Assembly: GCA_016748015.1 (NCBI GenBank)
Contig: JAAOMT010000324.1
Coordinates: 124,001 to 188,000, forward strand
DNA length: 64,000 bases
Source of the DNA: Geosiphon pyriformis uo1
Taxonomy: Eukaryota; Fungi; Glomeromycota
Direction: 5' to 3'
The notes beneath the pieces were generated by a model that was not told the DNA's origin, ran no database searches, and saw only the letters and a list, made by a program, of their open reading frames with translations. Numbering within the stretch: the stretch's first letter is position 1; every line of letters begins with the position of its first letter. This document shows, piece after piece, positions 24,023 through 33,783 of the stretch. The position numbers and the translations under genes were made by a program.

Positions 24023-24870
24023 TGTTACAGGAGATTATTTCTGCTGTTGAAGTAAATAACAACCCATAACTTGGTGCTCATGAAGCTACTTCTATTAATA
24101 AGGTTCTGCGAGCATTGTATCTGAAGGTTTTGATAGAGTCTTTTGTATAATAGACAGAGATTCAATAGTTGTTTTATCCATAGCTTCCCAGACTCGCAAG
24201 TCTGTCAATTCTTTTCTTGGCTTGATGGCCAGCAATTCTCTGGTAAGTAATTTATATCTTCTGTACATGTCCTACCCTCTCGCAGGGGTCTTTTACCAGG
24301 CAATCCTTGATGTCAATAATCAGCGCTTTTCAATCAATGGGTTAGTGCATAATAATAAATCAAAATAAAATAAAGAAAAATAAGAGAAAAATAAAAAAAA
24401 AAAAAATAAGCCAAGGTGATTTGCAGATTAGTATCCCGTCAATAGCCATGATCAAGAGCTATTGTTCCAGTGTGGTTAAGTATCACTTATTATCAACATG
24501 AAGTGTTAATAGTGGAAAGTGGATTGAGATATGAAATAATTATTTATTTGATGATTTTTGTTTCTAGGCTAAGGATTCTGTGGTATTGATTCTGTCTTTT
24601 CTGTTTTTAATACTACTGCTATATATACATAATTGAGATTTCTCAATTCCTCAATTCTTTACGACAGGAATCCTGAAATTCCTGGAATCCTGCAATTCCT
24701 TTGAGAGGAATCCTGGAATTCTGAAATCCTGTAATTCCTCGTCAAAAAATCCTGAAATTCCTGGAATCCTGCAATTCCTGAGAAGAATCCTGGAATTTCA
24801 CATTTACTATGCTTACTTCTGATTGGCTAATAATTATGCTAATATATTTCTTATATTTCTATGAGTAATA
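24023..24870 (-). repeat. 5' LTR of A1 (848 bp)
   Basis: Termini t(g/a)ttac...gtaaca; type II array; TATA-like tgtatatatagc at ~24618-24630. Confidence 0.92.
24645..24800 (-). repeat. U3 tandem array type II (GGAATTGCAGGATTCCAGGAATTTCAGGATT-like units)
   Basis: Repeated tcctgaaattcctggaatcctgcaattcc on the + strand; also at 25665-25830, 7435-7560 and 4010-4090. Confidence 0.85.
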
Positions 24871-25589
24871 CCATATAAAAACAAGCCCGAAATTATTTTA
24901 TTTAAGACAACCAACTATATCAATAAGAATATTGAAACTGTCCCACCTTACAATAAGTTATCAAAAACAGTGAAAAAGAAACTATATTACATAGTATGCA
25001 TTCTGATCCAACCACAGAACATTTTAACAAAGATGCTATCCTTAAAAGAATCCTAAATTTATACTATTGGCCAATAATATACAAAGACATTTTCAAATAT
25101 ATGCTTAATTGTAACTTATGCCAGCAAAGAAAAGGAGCCAGAACAATGAAACCACTTTGACTCATTCCAGTTGGAAATCTATTTGATAGAATTGAAATCA
25201 ATTTGATTGGTTTTCTTTTTATAACATTCAAAAAAAATTGTTATATCACTGTAACTGTAGACTACTTGACAAAATGGCTAGAAGCCAGAGCCATCCAAGT
25301 AGCAGATACTAAAACAATAGCTGAATTTGTATATCAAGATCTGATTTGCAAACATGGATGCTTAAAAAAACTCCTATCTAATCAAGAAATGCATTTTGTT
25401 AATAATACATTAACTAAATTAAGTTAATAGTTTGAAATAAAATATTCTTTATTGTTACCATATCACTTACAAATAAACAGACTAGTAGAACAATTTAACC
25501 AAATACTGTGTAAAACATTAGCAAAAATAAGTTATGAAAATAAACAAAAATGAAACTTATTTATATTTTCTGTACTCTTTGCATACCAA

Positions 25590-26525
25590 TGTTACTCATA
25601 GAATATAGGAATTAAATATTAGTACATAAATTAGCCAATTAGAATAAACATAGTAAAAGTGAAATTCCAGGATTCTTTTTAGAATAATTGCAGGATTCTA
25701 GGAATTTCATGATTCTCATATAAGAAATTGCAAGATTCCAGAATTCCAGAATTCCTCTCAAAGGAATTGCAGAATTCTAGAAATTCTAGGATTCTTGATT
25801 AGAGAATTGAGGAATTCAAAGAATCTTGTACAATAAAATTTATGTATATATAGCAGTAGTATCAGAAGCTAGAAAATTAGACTTTTAGAATCAGTAGAAC
25901 TCTCAAAGTCAATTAGACTTACAAGTCATAATTATTAGAATCTTTTAGCTAGAGACCTCTCAATTTAGATTTAATCTAAGCAACCTTTTATATTACAAAT
26001 ATCTAATAAATAATTATTTATTATCTCAAATCTACTCTTCACTATTAACACTTTATATTGATAGTAATTGATACTTAAACCACATTGGAACAATAGCTCT
26101 TAATTACAGCTATTGATAAGATACTAACTTTTATTATCTTGGCTTATTTCTTTATTTTTTTTTATTTCTTTTATTTCTTTTATTTTTATTTTTATTTTTT
26201 TGTTGTGTACTAATTAATTAAAGAATTAAAATACTGAGTTATTGACATCAAAGATTGCCTGGTAAAAGACTCTTGCGAGTGAGTAGAGCACGTAAAGAAA
26301 TTATGAATTACTTACCAGAGGAGTACTAGTCATTAAGCTAAAAAAAGAAATTGACAGAATTGCAATTCTGGAAAGCTATAGATAAACAACTATTGAATCT
26401 CTGTTCTCAACCAAAACCTTCAGATAAACAATACTTTCAAATCACTATCATTGTGAAATAGCTTCTGAGTACCAAGTTACAGGTTTTGTTATTTGATTTA
26501 AAACCCCAAATAATCATCTATAATA
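25590..26525 (+). repeat. Solo LTR (family A, type II array) inside the B1 integrase
   Basis: tgttactc...taata termini; TSD ccaa/ccaa; integrase sequence gcataccaa|acactaaa resumes afterwards. Confidence 0.92.
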
Positions 26526-27902
26526 CCAAACACTAAAACAAAATATGACTCAGTTCACACCATTTAAATTAGTTTATAGAAGAAAAGCCATTCTACCTAT
26601 TAAAAGAAAAATATAGTCATACCCAACAGAAGCTATCACTAAAGAGAATTTTAGAGTGATCTTATACTATAGAACATACTAGTTCATGGAAATATTAGAA
26701 AATAATCATAGAACAGCAGTTGACAACATTAGCAATGTTCAGAAACAACAAAAAGAAAGATATGATAAATGTCTATCTGAACAACCAATGAAATTCAAGA
26801 TTGGAGACCAAGTACTATTACATTATACAAAAGCTGAGAAACAGTGAAGTGAAAAGTTCAATCCAAAGTAGAATAGTCTATTCTATGTACACAAAGTTTT
26901 AAGCAATAGAGCTTACAAATTATGATTGAAAGACAGAATTTTAAAGAAAGTAGCACATAAAAATTGGTTAAAAATTTATCATGCAAAACAAAAATTATTA
27001 TTATCAATATCTCAACTAGGAACACAAATTTTATTAATCAGACCAGAAAATATATCACAAGATCTGAAACCAATTATCATTATCAAAACGTAAACAACAT
27101 ACAGCAAATTAAATTAAGAAATTTAAAATATATATAACATTTAAAAAGCAGTAAGAAATGATAAAACTTTCAACATAGACCTATTAGATCAAATTTTACA
27201 ATTCTTAAAACAACTATTTAATGCAATTTAACAATTTTCTGCTTAAATAAAAGTAATAATTGATAGAAAAGAGATATAATATAAAGATAGGAGCAAGAAA
27301 AAGGAGGGCAAAAGTTCAATTAGAACTAACCAGTCCTATTCTTATCTAATGCCTGAGAAAGAAAATTGGAAAAAAAATTTCTCTCAGGTGGGACAGAGAA
27401 TAAAAAAAGTTAATAAAAGATATTTGGTTCCTGAGTTTGAAAAAATTAAAGAAGCTTTAACTCATGAGACTGAACTCTCCAAAACAAAGGAATAAACATT
27501 TGACAATGCCCAAAAATAAAAAAAAAGACTTCTTCCAACATATTGGTTCTACAAAATTGGTAAACAACTAGATTTGAAGACATTATATGGAGACCTTAGC
27601 CAGAAAACTTTTAACAAAGAAGCAATACAACAAGTAGAAAAATTTGTAGGGAAAAACAATTTGACCCTATATTACAAAGCAACATACTGATTATATGTTG
27701 CTTTTCAATATTGTTCAAACATACTGTTATATAAATTCATAAAGACTATAATAGTTAATAACATAGGATGAATAACCAATTGACAGTTCGAAAATCTACA
27801 AAAAACAATACTTAATGCAACTATTGAACACTACATAAATAAAGCCATAATAACAGATACATATAATTTCGCAGAAGCTCAATTTTAAAAAGAAAGAAAT
27901 AA

Positions 27903-28960
27903 TGTTACCTGAGTAGAAAAATTGATCCAAAGTTATAAAGAAACATAACCAAAACATGACATAACACAGAATAGCATGCAATAGTATTGAATAATATATT
28001 ATAACTTAAAATAATACAGAATAATGTGTTATAATATGGAATAACACAAAATAACATGTAATAACACCAGATAATGTGTTATAACATAAAATAACCAGAA
28101 ATAATTTAAAAAAAAGAAGCAAAAACAGAATTAATAAAGTAATAGTTAGCAATAATGAAACAATTAAAAACAATTCTGTAAAACCAAAAGAATGTATAAA
28201 AACAAGTAATTATAGAAGTTAAAGAAAAAAGATATCTAGATATGAATCACTAGACAAGAATCAAATATTCTTACTCCTTCTATCATTTATTCTATTCTAT
28301 ATTCATCTTCTAAAATAAATCAATTATTAAGAAATCAGAATCATAAATTAATGTTTTTGAACTTCATAAAATTTACGTAAATTAACCATTGTTTTATACC
28401 TTTATTCCAGAACAAATATTCTTAGCATAATCATCTCAAACTATTAACAATTTGGACCAGTCGCTCTTGATTATGGTAATTGATAATATTAATTTATCTT
28501 TTTTTATTTTTCTTTTCTTTTATTTTTATTTTTTTTATTTTTTTTTATTTTTTTTTATTTTTTTATTTTCTTTTGTGGAGCAGCAACATAGTAAAATTAA
28601 CTGTCTGGAAATAAACTTCATAATAATTTGGTAAAAAAAAGAAGCTTTTTTTAAGTTTTGGATATTAACATTATCTTGGTAGCTTATCAGAAAGATGAAA
28701 AGACAACACCAGATCTTAATAACTGTGCTCATTAGCTTGAAAAAGATAGCTTATATTTATAAGAAGTTGCAATCAACAAAAACCAAATCTTTGTGTTTTA
28801 TAACTAAAAAACTCAATGGGTAAAATTACAACCAGTAAATAAGACCTTTAGAGACTGATAATCAAGAATAAATCAACAGAATTATACAAAACATGCATTA
28901 TTGATAATTAAAAACACTAAATGTTACCATTTTCTTATTCTACCAAGTTTATCCATAACA
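27903..28960 (+). repeat. 3' LTR of B1
   Basis: tgtta...taaca; preceded by a purine tract; matches 8537-9562. Confidence 0.92.
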
Positions 28961-30814
28961 CCAAACTCATCTTAAATTAACAAGTAACCATTGGCCAGTA
29001 AAATCAGTTTTTAATTACTATGTTAACAAAAAAATTAAATTCTACTTGAAAAACTAAAAAGATTCAGAAGCTATTCTTAACAATTTTTATAGTGAATTAT
29101 TCCAAAGCATTATACTTCTACTAAATCTTTGTTTGCACCAATAATCACAGAAATAAACAAAAAAATTGAAAATTACATTCAACAGAAATTTTTTATTACT
29201 TTTGCAAACAAAAAAAACTATAAGCTCCAACAGAAACACCAAGAAAAATACAACCACCTACTTAGAAGAAACCAAAAGTTATTTTACCTATTTACTTGTC
29301 ATACAATTATACACCAGGAAGTACTATACATATACTATCAGAATTTATATTACTATTAACTACAAAAACACTATTATTTAGAGTTTTATTTTAAAATAAT
29401 TAAAAAAAAGCCAAATTATTAAAAATCTATAGTGATTTTTTTAAAAAATTTAAATCATAACTGACAAACATTATTAAGACTTTGATTGCCACCACTTCAA
29501 CCAGATTTTAGATTTACTAGTTATTGGGAAGATATTAATACAGAAAAAAAAGAAGACAGTGATTAGAAAAATAATAATCAAAACTTAATCCCAAATAATC
29601 CAGAAATACAAACCCCAATTGTTTCAACTTAGCAAAACTTGAACAATCCAAATTCCACTCCTATTATTTAACAAAACCTATCTTCAGTGATTGTGATCAA
29701 TTTACTAGTTGTACTAATTGCCTTATCACAACAACAAAAATAACAATTAACACCCATAGCATATATATTTATTGCCAAACTCAAGAAATTTATTGGCAAA
29801 GAGAACAATATCCAAGTATGATTGAACAATATTGTCAAAACAATTACAGTTAATAACTGGGACAACACCAAAGTTTTTTAAGTTATTCTCTATTTCTTAT
29901 AAGATATTGCTAATTTATGATATCAGAACTTAGTTAGCAATTCACAAACTTTTGATGCATTTAAAACTACATTTTTGCAATATTTTAGTAATTACAACAG
30001 TATTAATCACCTGTTAACTAGCTTTACTACTATTAAACAAGACAATACTAAAGCAGTTACCACTTACTTGAGACACTTTTACAGAAATCTGCACCAAATT
30101 CAAGCAATTTAAGCTGATTACTTTATCAAAACACAAATTTTGAGCCAGTTTATCCATAGATTATACAATAGTCTTTTATAATAAGTATATTTAATATATC
30201 CAAATACTTTCTAGAATGCAGTCACACATGCCAAAAATCTTGAATTAACCAAACTTAAAGCCAACTATGTTCAAGCCATCAACTTAATAATAAATAGATC
30301 ATTTGAATTGAATACCAAATTGAAGCAATTTGGTAAAGCCATTAATTAAAAAATTAAGAAATACTTAGCTAATAATCAAACAATCTATTAACCTCCATAA
30401 TACTATAACAATCAAAGAAACTCTAATTAATTCCAGAATTAATTACATCTATTATTTTTATCAACCAACCAATTATGACAGTACAAGATGTGTATCTGTC
30501 ACTATTGTAATAAACAAGAACACTTAAAATTAGACTACTATGCAAGATTAAATAACCAAAAATTGGGAAATCAATATCAAAATTCCAATTATCAGTTTCA
30601 AACTCCAAATTATATCCCAAATCAGAAACAATATCACTTATTACACTCCAATGATACAACAACCAATATATTCCTCTTCAATATATTAAACTCCAGGACC
30701 AGTTATCTATTAGTCATAGCCACAAGTTATTTATTAACCATTACAAATTCAAGCATTGTCACAAAACTTAGTTTAAATGTCAACCAACAACTAAAGACTG
30801 AAAATTACTCATAT

Positions 30815-31697
30815 TGTTACAGATGATTATTTGGGGTCTCAAATTAAATAACAAATCCATAACTTGGTGCTCAATATCTTGACAATGCTAATGATACTGG
30901 TACATTGGTTGTATCTGAAGGTTTTAGAGTTGAGTTTTTTGTATAATAGACAGAGATTCAATAACAATATAATTGGTTGGTAAGTTGTGTTCCCAATTTC
31001 TGTCTTCAGCTTGGTAGTCAGTTTATTCTGGCAGTTATGCCCTTCTGGTAAGCTATCTGTTAATATATATATAATTTTACCCTTATTTCTGGGTCTTTTA
31101 CCAGGCTATCCGTGATATCAATTATTCAGCACTTTAATCCTTAATCAGTTAGTATATAACAGTAAAAATCAAAGAAAAAAAGAAATAAAAAAAAATAAAA
31201 AAATGAGCCAAGGCAATGTGTACGTTAGTATCTTGTCAATAGTCATAATTAAGAGCTATTGTTTCAGTGTAGTTAGGTATCAATTACTATTAACATAAAG
31301 TGTTAATAGTGGAGAGTGAATTTGGATAGTAAATGATTTATTTATTTAATATTTGTGGATGGAAGATTTCTAACTAAAAGATTCTTATCTTTCTATTTCT
31401 AATACTACTGCTATATATACATAATTAATGTTCTATGAGATCGCTTATATTCTCTAGTGATGTGCTATGATTTCTTGAGCAATGCTCATATTGCTGAGCA
31501 ATGTGCTCTAATTTTCTAACATCACTCTATATTGCTGAGCAATGTGCTGTGTTTTCTGATATTGCTCCACATTGCTGAGCAATGTGCTGTAATTTCTATC
31601 ATTGTTCTACATTGCTAAACAATGTGCTTATATGCTACATACTATTTATTTATTGGTCTATTATTCTTCCTATATCTGTTTTTTTTTATGAATAACA
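30815..31697 (-). repeat. 3' LTR of A3
   Basis: Colinear with 39980-40823; tgtta/taaca termini. Confidence 0.92.
31445..31635 (-). repeat. U3 type I palindromic array, cleanest copy
   Basis: cacattgctgagcaatgtg-like dyad repeated 4-5 times at ~39-40 bp spacing. Confidence 0.88.
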
Positions 31698-31711
31698 TTA
31701 TCTCCTATTTT

Positions 31712-32347
31712 TTAATATTGAGCTCTGTTGAAATTTTCATTCTGAATTAGCTCTAATACTTCTTTTTCTAGTATTGTTTATTTGACTTTATTTTTTACGT
31801 CTTCTACTTGTATATTGTTCATTTTTCCCCATTGGTTAATAGTTATAGTTTTTATGTCAGAGTGTAATAGTATTTCTGGATAATTCTGAAATATATTGTG
31901 CAGTCAGTAAATTGTTCTCACATGTAGTGTTGAATTTGTCTTTTTCCCAATAAATTCTTCAATTTGCTGTATTATGTTTTGGTTAAATATTTTTTTGGAT
32001 TTGTTAATATACAACTCTTGAATATTTAACTTTTGACCTAACTGGTAGTAACAGTATGATATTGGAAGTTGTTTTGTCCATTGCTTCCAATTCTTTTTTG
32101 TAAGTTCTTCTGTTGGTGCCATAATAAATATTTTCCCAAAAGTGTTTTTTACTTTTTCTATTATTTTATTTGACCAGTTTTTATCATTCTTTGGTAATCA
32201 CTGATATGGTGTATTCTTTGTCTTTCTTTTGGTGTTTTGATAGTAAATTGTTTGGTTGTTAACAATAATTTTTATGTCTAAAGGTTGTTGACTTAAGGTC
32301 TGGAATAATTGTTGAGCTATAATGTAAATATGATCTGGTATTTCCAT
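31712..32347 (-). pseudogene. A3 ORF3, ~211 aa, unknown function
   Basis: ATG to TAA in one frame (636 nt) with a few point stops; MEIPDHIYIIAQQLFQ...YCYYQLG...FNRAQY*. Confidence 0.8.
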
Positions 32348-32409
32348 TTTTTTTCTTGGTTGTCTTTGTTACGTATATTGTGTCTTTATATACTCTTTTA
32401 TTGTTTGAT

Positions 32410-33770
32410 TTTACATGTTTGGTCCAATGATTATAATTGGTTCCAGATCTTGTGGAATCTCCTCTGGTTGAACTAGTATTTATTGTACTCCCAATTGTAG
32501 AATATTATTGGTAGATAATGATGCTATTTGGTGATATGGTTTTAGTTAATCATCATGTGCTGCTTTGGTTAAAATTTTGTTGTCCCATCTTAATTTATAA
32601 GCTCTATTTCCAAGAATTTTTTCTATGTGAAATGGTCTGTCTCATTTGGGATCAAATTTTCCACTCCATTGTTTTTCTGCTTTGGTACAATGTAGAAATA
32701 CTTTGTCTCCAATCTTGAATTCAACTGGTTTATCTGGTAATTAGTTATTATGTCATTTTTTTTGCTTTTTTTGAGACTTTTGAATGTTATCAGCTGCTTT
32801 TTGTTGTCTGTTTTCTAGTGTTTCTATTAGATCATATGTTTTTCTCAACAATGTTTTTTGGAAATTAGCTTTTGTTATTAGTTTAGTTGAATATGTGTTG
32901 ACCTCTATTTCAACTGGTAATGTTGCTGTTCTATTATATATTAATTCAAATGGTGTTGCTTATATAGTATCTTGTCTCATTGTTTGATAAGCAAATAATA
33001 CTAATGGTATAAACAAATCTCATTCATCTTGGTTTTTTTAACTGATTTTGGTGATTGCTTCACACAATGTTCTATTGAATCTTTCAACTAGTCCATTGGT
33101 TTGTGGATAATATAGTAATAATAATGGTCTTTTTATCTCAAATCTTTGACTTAATTTTGTTATTCACAAAATGAGTTCCTTGATCTGATAGTAATTTTTT
33201 TGAAAATTTGTGTCGACATATCAAATTTTGATAAATGAATTCAGCAATGGATTCTGCATCTGTTTTTTGAATGGCTTTTGCTTCTGGCCATTTTATGAGA
33301 TAGTCCATAGCTACTGCAATATATCTGTTTCTTCTACTGGTGATTGTTAATGGTTTAACTAAGTCAATTCTAATGTGATTGAATAGTTGTCTTACTTTGA
33401 TTGGTCTTAATAGTTCACTGGATTTTGTTCCACTTTTTCTTTGACAAGCATCACAACTTTGAACATATTAGATGATGTCTGGATACATTAATGGTCAATA
33501 GTATTTTTTTCTGGTTCTTTTTATGGTTGGTTCTTTATGAAAATGTCTTGTTGTTGGATCTGAGTGCATGTTAAACAATATTGTTTTTTTTTTTGATTCT
33601 GTAATTACTCTGGTTGGTTGGTTTGAATTTTTTCTGTTTTTTCAGTAAAATATATTTTGATAATTGATGAAATATTTTGATTGCTGTTTTATGTTGTTTT
33701 GTTTTTTTTAAGATAATTTCTCCTTGAACAATTAAGTATTTATATAATGCTGGAGTTGTTGGTATTTTTG
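32410..33770 (-). pseudogene. A3 integrase
   Basis: MHSDPTTRHF, CDAC, YYPQTNGLVERFN, KFDPK; colinear with the A1 integrase. Confidence 0.85.
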
Positions 33771-33783
33771 GGTTGAAATGTTT

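Larger units (their letters stand above)
15500..24870 (-). mobile_element. Family-A Ty3/Gypsy element A1, best-preserved family-A copy, with a truncated 3' LTR; inserted in the B1 integrase
   Basis: TSD ccat (15496-15499 / 24871-24874); 5' LTR 24023-24870; 3' LTR remnant 15500-15923; PBS 24004-24022; domain fragments visible in the ORF track. Confidence 0.93.
8537..28960 (+). mobile_element. Family-B Ty3/Gypsy element B1, full length, carrying two nested insertions
   Basis: LTRs 8537-9562 and 27903-28960; TSD ccaa/ccaa; PBS 9563-9581; PPT ~27886-27902. Gag zinc knuckle ~11138-11180, protease FDSG ~11818, dUTPase AGFDL ~13209, RT ~14100-14870, RNase H to 15400, IN 15411-27093 (interrupted), ORF3 27175-27888. 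Confidence 0.92.

Noticed and set aside
24436-24456. Similarity of TTGATCATGGCT and ATTGACGGG to bacterial 16S rRNA segments
   Set aside because: Two short words that are ~900 nt apart in real 16S; no other rRNA sequence; the ancestral loop is probably GATCACGG.
24645-24800. Heat-shock elements or STAT sites in the type II array
   Set aside because: The spacing is GAA-TTC and TTC-N3-GAA rather than nGAAnnTTCn; apparent HSE-like words elsewhere arise from G>A decay; STAT relevance in a fungus is unsupported.
31445-31635. CRISPR array
   Set aside because: The spacers are variants of each other, the array is part of an LTR U3, there are no cas genes, and the context is eukaryotic.
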